Below are positions 28,402-38,129 of a DNA stretch of 64,000 nt, piece by piece. Both the position numbers and the translations under genes were made by a program. The first letter of the stretch is position 1. Each line of letters begins with the position of its first letter. Below the pieces are notes generated by a model. It saw nothing but the letters and a program-made list of their open reading frames with translations. It was not told the origin of the DNA and ran no database searches. The stretch is from Candidatus Foliamicus sp. (GTDB taxonomy: Bacteria > Pseudomonadota > Gammaproteobacteria > Steroidobacterales > Foliamicaceae): assembly GCA_965249285.1 (NCBI GenBank), contig OZ252226.1:1187095-1251094 (forward strand), read 5' to 3'.

Positions 28402-31152
28402 CTAAAAGTCAAAGTCTTTGCGCAGTGTTGCGAAAATAACTCGACCACGCGTGTCGATGCGACGAAGATCGAATGGCCCGCCGAATCCAGCAGCAAACGG
28501 GAACTCACGATCGAACAGATTGCGGGCACCGACGGTAAGGTCGATTTGCGCTCGCTCAAACGTGTAGTTCGCAGAAAAGTCCCAGGTTGTATAGCTGCCA
28601 ATGGTCGGCGCTTCAGCGTAAAAAGCAGAGAACGCAACAGGTGCTTCGGTATTCCGGTAGCTGTCGGTGTGGTTTCCGAATAGTCGGACACTGTAGTTAT
28701 CACGCAGCCATTCGAAAGTGAATGTCCCCACCAGTTCGTTCGGGCTGCTACTCGTGCCAAGACGCTCCCGAGGCGTTTCGCCGGGGGCGATAATGTCTTC
28801 GAATGTTATCGTTCGAACACCATCAAGCCGAACGGAAAAATCACCGGCGCCATTGTTCCAGGAATAGCCGATCGCGAAATCGACACTTTCAACATTTCGT
28901 TGGGCCACATTGATCGGAAAGAGCGTCAGACTGACCAGATCGTTTGTCACCGGGTCGCGTGCAGCGAACCCTGGAAACAGCTGTGGGTTGGCAAGAATAA
29001 AGTCGAATCCAAATGCTGAAAGCGGGTTGGCCGTAATTCTGTCTTCGTACTCAACGTCAGAATAGTTCAAAGATATCTGCAGGCCCTGAATGGCACTGGG
29101 ACTCCAGTCGAATCCAACATTGATTGTTGTCGCAAATTCCGGCTCCAGCGACGGATTGCCGCTACGGTCGGAGAATGGGAATGCCACAGTCCCCTGAACA
29201 GGATCAAATAGCGGGAATGTACCGGGCGTGAGCGCCTGAACATATGCTCCCACCACCTGAGTCAGGTTTGGCGCCTTGAACGACTCGCCCCAGCTCGCCC
29301 GCAAGCTGAACGTCTCGGTCGCGTCCCACCTGACCGCCAGCCTCGGGCTGAAATTGCTCAAAGTCCGACCGTTAATCGGCCCACTCAGAATGGCTTCAAG
29401 TGCGGGGCTAACAGGCCTTGGCTGACCATCGAGTGGTGGCGGTGCACTGGAATCAACCTCGTATTCTTCCCATCGGCCCTGCACGACAGCATTGACAGTC
29501 TCAGCTAACGGGATTGAATTTTCGAAGAATAGCGCTGTGACGGTTTGCTTGGGTTTTGTGTCCGCAAGCGTACCATTGAGAAGACCAATCTCGTCCGCGC
29601 TTTGGTCCAGTTCTTCGCTCCGGTATTCAGCGCCAAGCACCACCTCCCATGCGCCCGCCGGAAGCTCAAATACTTCGCCGACAACGTGGCCATTAATATT
29701 GGCCAAACGCGATTTACGCGTTCGGTCGAAGACAACACCATAGGAGTCCAGCACGGCATCAATATTCTGCGCCGTACCGTTACCAAACGGGTTAATCCGG
29801 TCCGCAAGGATCGTATTGCCAAAGATGTCGTAGCCAATTGAAAGTGCTTGATTTTCGGAACTGCCGTAACCAGCGGCGACATCCAATACCCAGCCGCTAT
29901 CGCCGAGCTCTGTCAAGAAACCCGCATTGAGCGTCAGGTCCTTTGAGTCGTTTTCCGTGCCGCCGTAAGGAATCAATCCAGCATTCGTCTCGGAAAGTAG
30001 ATACGACCCAACGAACACCGGAAATCCGAGCGTATTGAGCGGATTTCCGGTCATGTTGACCGGATCCCAGGGTTGGACCAGACCGATAAAAAATGGCGCG
30101 TTTAGCTGCGACGTCGTATCGCCCTCCGATACGTAGATCTCGGTGAAAAAGCTCGACGACTCGCCGAAGCGCTGCTCAAAAAAAACGGTCAATGCCAAGC
30201 TCTCCACTTCGGCTGTCTGCTGCAATGGCACGTTGTCCGCGGGCACAATATTGAGTGGGCTCAAGTCAAAGAACGTAAAGGACGTGCCGTCGAAATCGGC
30301 CGGCAGTGAGCCAAATCCAAATACATTTCCGGGCTGCGTCAAGAACGTGTTGCGCGCGTCCGGCCCCCCCCGACTTGTGTAATCCAGGGTGGTAAAGCCC
30401 GTTTCTGCGGTGATGACCGGATCGGTTTTGCTGTGGACGACCGTGGCGGTCAGGTTACCCGTGTCCCAACCGAAACCAGCAAGCTGGCTGATCTCAAACT
30501 TGTCGGACTCCGTCGAGCTGTTTTGGTAGGACAGCGTCGTTGTGGCGCCCTCGTAGTCTTTTTTCAGAATAAAGTTGATCACGCCGCCGAGCGCATCTGA
30601 GCCGTAGGTTGCCGATGCACCATCGAGTAGCACCTCGACGCGCTCGATCGCGGCGGCGGGAATTTTCGACAAATTGACCTGCGTGCCGTTGAACCCGGCC
30701 GATCCAACCGAACGGCGCCCATTAATCAGGACCAGCGTGGCATTGCTTCCCAGCCCGCGCAGGTCGGCTGCTGCTTCGCCCTGCCCGAAACTGCCGACGG
30801 GAATTCCGTCACCGCCGACCGGTTGCGAGATACCCCGCGCCCGATTGATGGTCGAGAAGTTCTGCGGAATGCTCGCGATGATGTCCTCGGCCGTCGTAAA
30901 TCCTCGTGCATCGATGGAGTCTCGATCGATGACGATGACCGGCGAGGTCCGGTGAGCACTGGTCAGCCGACTGCCGGTAACAACTATCGGCTCAAGAGTA
31001 TCTTCGTCCGTGTCGGCCAAGGCGCTTGCATCGTCTTGTGCAATGGAAGAATACGGAGCCATACCTACCGCACACAATATTGCGGCGAAAAATAATCTGT
31101 TTTTTTGTGCTGTACGTCTTTTCGCACAGCGAATGAAGTATCGAACGTTCAT
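28402..31152 (-). CDS. TonB-dependent outer membrane receptor
   Basis: EPIVVTGSRL TonB box, IERVEVLLDGASATYGSDALGGVINFIL plug, C-terminal Phe. Confidence 0.92.
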   Translation of the reverse strand: MNVRYFIRCAKRRTAQKNRLFFAAILCAVGMAPYSSIAQDDASALADTDEDTLEPIVVTGSRLTSAHRTSPVIVIDRDSIDARGFTTAEDIIASIPQNFSTINRARGISQPVGGDGIPVGSFGQGEAAADLRGLGSNATLVLINGRRSVGSAGFNGTQVNLSKIPAAAIERVEVLLDGASATYGSDALGGVINFILKKDYEGATTTLSYQNSSTESDKFEISQLAGFGWDTGNLTATVVHSKTDPVITAETGFTTLDYTSRGGPDARNTFLTQPGNVFGFGSLPADFDGTSFTFFDLSPLNIVPADNVPLQQTAEVESLALTVFFEQRFGESSSFFTEIYVSEGDTTSQLNAPFFIGLVQPWDPVNMTGNPLNTLGFPVFVGSYLLSETNAGLIPYGGTENDSKDLTLNAGFLTELGDSGWVLDVAAGYGSSENQALSIGYDIFGNTILADRINPFGNGTAQNIDAVLDSYGVVFDRTRKSRLANINGHVVGEVFELPAGAWEVVLGAEYRSEELDQSADEIGLLNGTLADTKPKQTVTALFFENSIPLAETVNAVVQGRWEEYEVDSSAPPPLDGQPRPVSPALEAILSGPINGRTLSNFSPRLAVRWDATETFSLRASWGESFKAPNLTQVVGAYVQALTPGTFPLFDPVQGTVAFPFSDRSGNPSLEPEFATTINVGFDWSPSAIQGLQISLNYSDVEYEDRITANPLSAFGFDFILANPQLFPGFAARDPVTNDLVSLTLFPINVAQRNVESVDFAIGYSWNNGAGDFSVRLDGVRTITFEDIIAPGETPRERLGTSSSPNELVGTFTFEWLRDNYSVRLFGNHTDSYRNTEAPVAFSAFYAEAPTIGSYTTWDFSANYTFERAQIDLTVGARNLFDREFPFAAGFGGPFDLRRIDTRGRVIFATLRKDFDF

Positions 31153-31267
31153 CGGCCTCCCCAGTGAGTTTCGCAAGGTTATTGGCCCATTGACTGACCC
31201 TATCACCTGACAATCCTACGGAATGACCGTTACAGGAACCTTGAATTGCCGGACAACAAAAAAATAT

Positions 31268-32692
31268 TCAGGGATCGAGCGCATCACCAGGAAATTCGAC
31301 CTCGAATACTGCGCCTCCTTTGGGCTCGTTGTAAGCACTAACGGATCCTTTGTGAATACGCATAATTGCGGTGACGATGGCCAACCCCAGACCATGGCCG
31401 CGTTTATTGGGTGGATTCTTAAAGAATGGCTCGAATATCTGGTCCTTGTCGCCTTGCGCAACACCTGGTCCTTCATCCCTGACTGTTGCTCGGTTGCCGT
31501 CGACGCGTACGTGAATCGTCTTTCCTTTTGGTGTAAACGACAGCGCATTGTCTATGAGGTTTGCAATCACGCTCTTGATAGACTCGCGTTCGCCGAATAC
31601 AAGGGTGTTGTTGTCGGTCGACTCAAACGTCAATTCTTTGCCTGCCTGAAGTACCGCCCGGCCGCGTTCTACACAGATGTCCTCCACTACATTTGCCAGC
31701 CGGAGTTCAGTGAACTGATCTTCCAGCGTTCCGACTCTCGCGAGTGTCAATAGTTGCGTGATCATGGCCCCCATCTGCTGGACGTCCAGTGCAAGTTTTT
31801 CCTTAAGTTCCGAATCATCGAGTTCCTCGATTTTGGATCGATGAACGGCCAACGGCGTCCTAAGTTCGTGTGCTGCGGCAGCCACAAACATTGCCTGTTG
31901 CTCGCTCGCTGACTCGAGCCGACCGATGGCGCGATTGATCGCCTGGACCATTGGCGCAATCTCGATTGGCAGGTTGTTCTCGGGGAGTAAGATATGATGA
32001 CCATCGACACCAATCTGCGACGCCGCTTTGGAGACTTCTCGAACTCGGTTCATAAGCGAACCAAACAGCAGGCCGAATGCTCCGAGCATCAATACTGTCA
32101 ACAATACCAGGGGTACTGCGCGCACGGTCGCCATATCGCCTTCCAGCAAAGTCAGCTTGACTATGTCCCAGATGTGATTCCAGAACGGCACATCGGTGCG
32201 AATTCCTTGTACTTCCAGGTAGTACGCCGTGTCGCCGCAGCCGCCCATCTGGACAATCCCCGAACCAGCGTCGTCGCCAGCCCAAATTCGTACCGGCAAT
32301 ATATTGCAGCGCAACGAATCGTCGGCGCCAGATGAAAGCGCAACGTTTTGCCCAACTATTTGGTCCATGAATCGTGGATCGCCGGGCGCACTGGAATAAA
32401 CTGAATCAAAAGCACTGACGTAATACCAGGCGTCAGGGTTTCGCCGCATCATCACCTTCAACTGCGATGTCGCATCCCGTGTCATCTCCTCTGAACTATG
32501 GGGATTCGATAGCACGAGAACCGCACCAATGACACGGTTCGTTGCTTCTCTTTGAGGGTCGTGAACCAACGTATGCGAAATTATCCAAGTCCCTGTCGTG
32601 GCTACGAACGCGATGAAAAGCGTCGACACAGCTGCTAGTAGCTGAATCCGCCACCGAAGCGAGTACCATCCTTTCTTAGTTGATTGGCTCAC
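31268..32692 (-). CDS. Sensor histidine kinase
   Basis: AAHELRTPL, NLIDNA, DEGPGV, GHGLGLAI. Confidence 0.95.
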   Translation of the reverse strand: MSQSTKKGWYSLRWRIQLLAAVSTLFIAFVATTGTWIISHTLVHDPQREATNRVIGAVLVLSNPHSSEEMTRDATSQLKVMMRRNPDAWYYVSAFDSVYSSAPGDPRFMDQIVGQNVALSSGADDSLRCNILPVRIWAGDDAGSGIVQMGGCGDTAYYLEVQGIRTDVPFWNHIWDIVKLTLLEGDMATVRAVPLVLLTVLMLGAFGLLFGSLMNRVREVSKAASQIGVDGHHILLPENNLPIEIAPMVQAINRAIGRLESASEQQAMFVAAAAHELRTPLAVHRSKIEELDDSELKEKLALDVQQMGAMITQLLTLARVGTLEDQFTELRLANVVEDICVERGRAVLQAGKELTFESTDNNTLVFGERESIKSVIANLIDNALSFTPKGKTIHVRVDGNRATVRDEGPGVAQGDKDQIFEPFFKNPPNKRGHGLGLAIVTAIMRIHKGSVSAYNEPKGGAVFEVEFPGDALDP

Positions 32693-33369
32693 CCGTCGGT
32701 ATCCTCCGTAAGCATGTAGCCCAGGCCTCGTGCGGTTTTAATATATAGGCCCGCATCAGTCTCTTTGAGCCGTTTCCGAATCCGCGACACGTGCGATTCC
32801 AGCGCGTTCGACAATGGTGGCTCGTCAAAACCGTACACACGATCGATAATTTCAGACCGCCGCACAATTTGTTCCGGTTTGGTTACCAGCAGTTCAAGGA
32901 TGACAAATTCGCGCCGCCGAAGGTCAAATATTTTTCCGTTCACACGAAACAGTCGGCCCGCTCGATCATACTCAAGGCCACCAATCTCGGCGCGAGCTTG
33001 ATTGCTCGAGCGCGGAATTCTCAACATCGCCCGAATCCGCGCCAATAACTCTTTCGGCTCGAACGGCTTGACAATGTAGTCTCCCGCCCCTGAATCCAAA
33101 CCGGCGACCCGATCGTCGACATCCCCCAATGCCGAAAGCACGAGAAATCGCGGCAATTTGGTCATTGATTGCGCCTTTACGATTAGGCTTAGCCCGTCGC
33201 CATCGGGCAAACGGCGGTCCAGGAGTACGATTGAATAGTCGATTTCGCGGAGCGATGCCCAGGCAATTGATACGGATTCCGCCAGATCGACGTCGAAATC
33301 GTGCTCCCGCAAGAACTTGGCCGTGTTTTTTGCGAGCTCAATCTCATCTTCAACAAGAAGTATTCTCAT
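32689..33369 (-). CDS. OmpR-family response regulator
   Basis: LLVEDE, LLDRRLPDGDG, DYIVKPF, TARGLGY. Confidence 0.95.
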   Translation of the reverse strand: MRILLVEDEIELAKNTAKFLREHDFDVDLAESVSIAWASLREIDYSIVLLDRRLPDGDGLSLIVKAQSMTKLPRFLVLSALGDVDDRVAGLDSGAGDYIVKPFEPKELLARIRAMLRIPRSSNQARAEIGGLEYDRAGRLFRVNGKIFDLRRREFVILELLVTKPEQIVRRSEIIDRVYGFDEPPLSNALESHVSRIRKRLKETDAGLYIKTARGLGYMLTEDTDG

Positions 33370-33421
33370 TTGTCAAATTCCGCAGCAAATACCCGACGCC
33401 CATTGCAAACTCGCGCCAGGA

Positions 33422-34063
33422 GCCTGCGCCGTAGGAATTCGCGACAATAGGGATTGTATGTTGAAGGGGGAATGAGATGGCCACGACGTTTCGCTCGTAT
33501 CAGCCGGCGAACGCCCCGGCGTCCGCTTACTGATGTTGCCGGACGAGTTGAAGCGGCGGGAAGATCGGCTGAAAGCGATCGTTGAGGCCAAGGCGCAGAG
33601 CAACTTTACGGATCCGCAAAGCCGGATCATGAAGACCAGTTCGGAGAGCTTTCAGCAGTGTTACAACGCGCAGTTGGCGGTGGAAGGAGGGAACCAGTTG
33701 ATCGTGGCGGCGGAGGTGACCTCGAACGCCAGCGACCAGGGCAGATGCTGCCACGTCTTACCGAGGTTCAGGCGGATTACGGGGCCTGTCCGGAGACGGT
33801 GTTAGCGGACGCGGGGTATTGCAACAAGGCGGACCTGGCGTCTTTGGAGGAGCGTGGCGTGGACGCTTATGTGGCTTTGGGCCGAGAGGGCAACAAAGCG
33901 GTGGCGGTCAACGCCAAGGCGCATCCGGCGCGGACGCGGATGGCGGCGAAGCTGGCCACGCCGGACGGCCGGGCACGCTACGCGAAGCGCAAGTGGCTGT
34001 CGGAAGCGCCCAACGGCTGGATCAAGCAGGCGCTGGGTTTTCGCCGTTTCAGCGTGCGCGGCT
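33422..34063 (+). mobile_element. IS1182-family remnant with internal deletions, truncated at the tRNA 3' end
   Basis: Left end gcctgcgccgtag and coding pieces (QSNFTDP, QQCYNAQ, LADAGY, FRRFSVRG) collinear with the copy at 54911-56486. Confidence 0.85.
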
Positions 34064-34154
34064 TGGCGGAGAGGGTGGGATTCGAACCCACGATACGGGA
34101 ATACCGTATACCTGAACTCCAATCAGGCGCCTTCGTCCACTCGGCCACCTCTCC
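34064..34154 (-). tRNA. tRNA-Ser (GGA)
   Basis: GGAGAGG acceptor, anticodon arm CCTGA-TTGGAGT-TCAGG, long variable arm, GGTTCGAATCC, G73, encoded CCA. Confidence 0.92.
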
Positions 34155-34166
34155 CTGATGCCGCCA

Positions 34167-34445
34167 CTATCCCGATCCCGGTTTTTGGATCTCCGGCGGC
34201 TCTTCCAGGCAGGATCCATTGCTGCGCCTGGGCTGTCCTTCCTGCACTTCACCTTCGGGAATCTCAAGATTGCCAAAGGCCCACGGCGTCTCCAGGCCTT
34301 CAGCAGCGACCAGTGGATCGGAAGGCTCGGCATCCTGGTACATCTGCGGCTTTTCGCAGGGAGCAATACCGCCGCCGAACAGCGCGCAGCCATGCACCAT
34401 ACAGGCCATCGCAACTATGCCTGCCGCGGCGGTCCAGCGGTTCAC
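34167..34445 (-). CDS. Small lipoprotein downstream of dapA (BamC/NlpB-like position)
   Basis: Lipobox VHGC, overlap with the dapA stop, conserved gammaproteobacterial position. Confidence 0.6.
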   Translation of the reverse strand: MNRWTAAAGIVAMACMVHGCALFGGGIAPCEKPQMYQDAEPSDPLVAAEGLETPWAFGNLEIPEGEVQEGQPRRSNGSCLEEPPEIQKPGSG

Positions 34446-35317
34446 GACAACACTCCAGCTTGCGCCATTGCGCTCTCAACCCGGTCCCGATTGGGCTCTG
34501 ACAACCAAGTCAGCGGCAACCGGATGGCGGCTCCGATTCTGTCCATTCGATGCAATGCCCATTTTACCGGAATCGGATTGGATTCCACGAACAATTCATC
34601 ATGCAAAGCCGCCAAAGGCGCGTCCAGACTTTGGGCGCCTTCCGAATCGCCGGCCAGCGCCGCTGCGCACATGCCGGCCATCTCCCGCGGCGCCACGTTG
34701 GCGGTGACCGAAATCACGCCGTCGCCGCCGGCAAGCATGAATGCCCTTGCTGTCGCATCATCGCCACTGTACAACCCAAACTCCTCTCCGCAAAGCGCCC
34801 GCAGACGCGCCACTCTCTCGACCTCCCCGGTCGCTTCCTTGCACGCTCCGATCCCCGGGTGCTCGGCCAGCCGGCCAACGGTCTCTGGCAACAGATCCAC
34901 TCCTGTCCGCCCGGGAACATTGTAGAGGATCAGCGGCTGCTCGACGGCATCGGCAATGGCGCTGAAGTGCAGCACCATCCCCTCCTGGGTCGGCTTGTTG
35001 TAATAAGGCGTCACGATCAGGTAAGCGACGATGTCGGCGCCCGCCACGGCTTGTGAGAGCGCGATAGTCTGGGCCGTGGAATTGGAGCCGGTGCCGGCGA
35101 CAATCGGGATACGCCCGCCGGCTTGCCGGGCGGCATGGCAAATAAGCTCGGCGTGCTCGGCGCGGGTCAGGGTGGCGGCCTCACCGGTGGTGCCGGCAAT
35201 TACGAGGGCGCTGGTACCGGCCTCGACGTGCCAATCGATCAATTGATCCACGGCCGCATAGTCCACGGCGCCGTCGGCGCTCATGGGTGTCACAAGGGCT
35301 ACAAGGCTTCCACGCAT
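34442..35317 (-). CDS. dapA: 4-hydroxy-tetrahydrodipicolinate synthase
   Basis: GTTGE, PYYNKP, LYNVPGRT, CKEA, ESNPIPVK. Confidence 0.97.
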   Translation of the reverse strand: MRGSLVALVTPMSADGAVDYAAVDQLIDWHVEAGTSALVIAGTTGEAATLTRAEHAELICHAARQAGGRIPIVAGTGSNSTAQTIALSQAVAGADIVAYLIVTPYYNKPTQEGMVLHFSAIADAVEQPLILYNVPGRTGVDLLPETVGRLAEHPGIGACKEATGEVERVARLRALCGEEFGLYSGDDATARAFMLAGGDGVISVTANVAPREMAGMCAAALAGDSEGAQSLDAPLAALHDELFVESNPIPVKWALHRMDRIGAAIRLPLTWLSEPNRDRVESAMAQAGVLS

Positions 35318-35454
35318 AACGGCGCGGCATTTTATCCCGCCTGGTGTTGCAAACTTCTCCTGGCTCCGATTGCTGAGCGCCGATGTGACCGTTCGACTGA
35401 ATGCATCTCCAGTTTGCATGCCGATAGAGGGGGTTCGTGTAAGCTAGCCGGAGC

Positions 35455-35985
35455 ATGGAAAAACTACTGGCAATCTCGGCTCTGGGCGCCCTGGAAAAAG
35501 CATCCGCGCGAGAGCTGAGCGAGGTGGTCAGCGAGGCCGGCGGAGACATTCGTGACGCACGCATGACGCGGCTGGGGAACAGCTTTGGCGCCCTACTCCT
35601 GGTGCAGGGGAACTGGCATACGACCAACAAGGTGCGCTCCGCGCTGGAGCGTTTCGGCAAGCGGACAGGCTGCCACATTTCCGTCAGCGACGCCGAGCCA
35701 CGCGACGAGCAGACGCCGGCGGCGCCGTACCACGTGGAGGCGGTAGCGCTGGAGCGCGACAACCTGGTGTTGGCGCTGGTAAGCTTCTTTGCAAGACGCG
35801 AGCTGGCCGTCGCTGAGGTTCATGCGCGGCGCTACAATGCCCCAAGCACGGGTGCGGCGATGCTGGCGGTTCGCCTTGAGGTGCATGTGCCGCGGGACGT
35901 AGGCATTGCCATGCTGCGCGAAGAATTTCATGATTTCTGCGACAAGAACAACCTGGATGCCGTCATCGAGCCGATCCACGGCTAG
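35455..35985 (+). CDS. gcvR: Glycine cleavage system transcriptional repressor (two ACT domains)
   Basis: ACT-like repeats; divergent from dapA and upstream of bcp. Confidence 0.85.
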   Translation: MEKLLAISALGALEKASARELSEVVSEAGGDIRDARMTRLGNSFGALLLVQGNWHTTNKVRSALERFGKRTGCHISVSDAEPRDEQTPAAPYHVEAVALERDNLVLALVSFFARRELAVAEVHARRYNAPSTGAAMLAVRLEVHVPRDVGIAMLREEFHDFCDKNNLDAVIEPIHG

Positions 35986-36014
35986 CGGGGAATGAGAGTC
36001 TTGAGAGAAACAAA

Positions 36015-36064
36015 CTGGAACGAGGGCGTCCCGCCCTCGTCGAGGGCAGGATGCCCTTGCTCCA
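36015..36064. repeat. REP-like doublet
   Basis: ctggaacgagggcgtcccgccctcgtcgagggcaggatgcccttgctcca. Confidence 0.8.
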
Positions 36065-36116
36065 TCTGCGCGTCGGCGCAGCGCGGTCGCTTTGATTACT
36101 TGCAAGGGGGAAAGGA

Positions 36117-36584
36117 ATGAGCACGACCTGGATCGGCGCGCCGGCGCCGGACTTCGACTCCGCCACTACCAGCGGCGGACAGCAGCAACTGAGCGACCTG
36201 AAAGGGCGCAAACTGGTGCTGTATTTCTATCCCAAGGACAACACTCCGGGCTGCACGCTGGAGGGCCAGAATTTCCGCGACCTGCACGAGGAATTCAGCG
36301 CGGCCAACGCCGTGATACTGGGCGTGTCGCGCGAGTCAATCCGTTCGCACAACAATTTCCGCGGCAAGTTCGATTTCCCGTTCCATCTCCTTTCGGATCC
36401 CGATGAAACACTGTGCAACGCGTACGGCGTGATCGTGGAAAAGAGCATGTACGGGCGAAAGTACATGGGCGTCGACCGCGCTACCTTTCTGATTGACGAG
36501 GATGGCGTGCTGCGGCGCGAGTGGCGCAAGGTCAAGGTAAAAGGACATGCCGACGAAGTGCTGGAGGCCGTTCGCTCCTTGTGA
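36117..36584 (+). CDS. bcp: Thiol peroxidase Bcp/PrxQ
   Basis: YFYPKDNTPGCT, R(A)TFLID. Confidence 0.95.
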   Translation: MSTTWIGAPAPDFDSATTSGGQQQLSDLKGRKLVLYFYPKDNTPGCTLEGQNFRDLHEEFSAANAVILGVSRESIRSHNNFRGKFDFPFHLLSDPDETLCNAYGVIVEKSMYGRKYMGVDRATFLIDEDGVLRREWRKVKVKGHADEVLEAVRSL

Positions 36585-38113
36585 AGACCGCGCCGCACTC
36601 CACAGCGCAGCGCGCCGCTTGCGCGGCGATGGTGCTGCTGTTTGGTGTGCAGACCCTTCCGGCCGCGGCCCAGGGTCAGGCGGGACAGAACCTGCCGGAC
36701 ATGGGCAGCCTCGCAGACACGGCCCTGACGCGTGAGCAGGAACAGGAGATCTCGCTCAACGTAATCGAGCAGATTCGCCGCGCCGGGATGCTGGTCACCG
36801 ACCCGGAAATCAATGAATACGTCGCTGACGTAGGCAGGCGGCTGGCCTTCCGGGCCCAGGACGGCGACTACCAATTTCACTTCTTCGTGGTCAAGGATCC
36901 ATCCATCAATGCGTTCGCTCTACCCGGAGGCTATATCGGTGTTCACACGGGGCTGATCGAAGCGACCGCCAACGAGAGTGAACTGGCCGGAGTGCTGGCG
37001 CATGAAGTCGCGCACGTGACGCAGCAGCATATATCGCGCCAGATTCAGGCCATGCGCGGAACCGGAATCATGTCGATGGCGATGCTGGTCGGCGCCCTGC
37101 TGGTAGGCGGCTTGCTGGGCGGCGGCAGCGACCTGATGCAGGGTGCGCTGATGGCCAGCCAGGGAATGGCCATGCAGCAACGGATCAACTTCACGCGGGC
37201 GCACGAGCACGAGGCCGACCGAATCGGAATCGGCACCTTGTATGCCGCTGATTTCGATCCGCGCGGACTCCCGTCATTCTTCGAGACCATGTCGCGCAAG
37301 GAGTCGCTTGCGTCAGCGGCGATACCGGAGATCCTGCGCACCCACCCGGTTGGTGTGAGCCGCATCGCAGAGGCGCGTGGCCGCATAGCCCCGCACATGA
37401 TGCGGCAGGTCGACAGTAGCCTCAACTACTATCTGTCCCGGGCCCAGGCGCGATTGCTGGGCAGCGGCAGTCCTGAAGAGGCGCTGCGGCGATTCCGCGC
37501 GCAGCCCCTCACGGAGACAGCGGCCGACGCCGGCAAGTTCTATGGAGAGGCGCTGGCGCTGATTGCGGCGGGCCAGCCTGACGAGGCACTGTTGGTCCTG
37601 CGGAATCTGCTGGGGGAGTATCCGAACTCCATACCGCTTCGAATCGCGGCGGCCCGCTCCAGCGCCGCTGCCGGCAACCCGGCGGAGGCGCGGCGCGCAT
37701 TCGAGGACGCGCTGGCGCTGTTTCCGGGCAATATCAGCCTGGCCCATCGGTACGCGGAAGTGCTCATCGCGGCGGGCCAGGCGCCGCGTGCCCGGCAACT
37801 TCTAATGGAGTATCTGATCGCCGACAAGCTCAATCCCGAGACCACGCGGTTGCTCGCCCAGGCCAGCGGGGAATCAGGCCAGGTGGCCGATGGGCATTAT
37901 TTCATGGCCGAGTACGAACTGATGCGCCGCAACCTCAATGGCGCACACACACAATTGCAGCTTGCCCTGAGAGCCGCCGAACAGGCCGACCCCGTGCGCC
38001 GCAGCCGCATTGAGGCGCGCCTGGAGCAGGTTGAAATGATGGCCGAAAAAGGCAGCAAGCGCGAAAGGGAAGACGAAGAAACCGATGACGACTCATCGGA
38101 CCAGCGAGGATGA
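36581..38113 (+). CDS. bepA: M48 metalloprotease with TPRs (BepA/YfgC)
   Basis: INAFALPGG, HEVAH, EHEADRIG, THP; GTG start overlaps the bcp stop. Confidence 0.9.
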   Translation: MKTAPHSTAQRAACAAMVLLFGVQTLPAAAQGQAGQNLPDMGSLADTALTREQEQEISLNVIEQIRRAGMLVTDPEINEYVADVGRRLAFRAQDGDYQFHFFVVKDPSINAFALPGGYIGVHTGLIEATANESELAGVLAHEVAHVTQQHISRQIQAMRGTGIMSMAMLVGALLVGGLLGGGSDLMQGALMASQGMAMQQRINFTRAHEHEADRIGIGTLYAADFDPRGLPSFFETMSRKESLASAAIPEILRTHPVGVSRIAEARGRIAPHMMRQVDSSLNYYLSRAQARLLGSGSPEEALRRFRAQPLTETAADAGKFYGEALALIAAGQPDEALLVLRNLLGEYPNSIPLRIAAARSSAAAGNPAEARRAFEDALALFPGNISLAHRYAEVLIAAGQAPRARQLLMEYLIADKLNPETTRLLAQASGESGQVADGHYFMAEYELMRRNLNGAHTQLQLALRAAEQADPVRRSRIEARLEQVEMMAEKGSKREREDEETDDDSSDQRG

Positions 38114-38129
38114 GGGGGATAGCTGAGAA

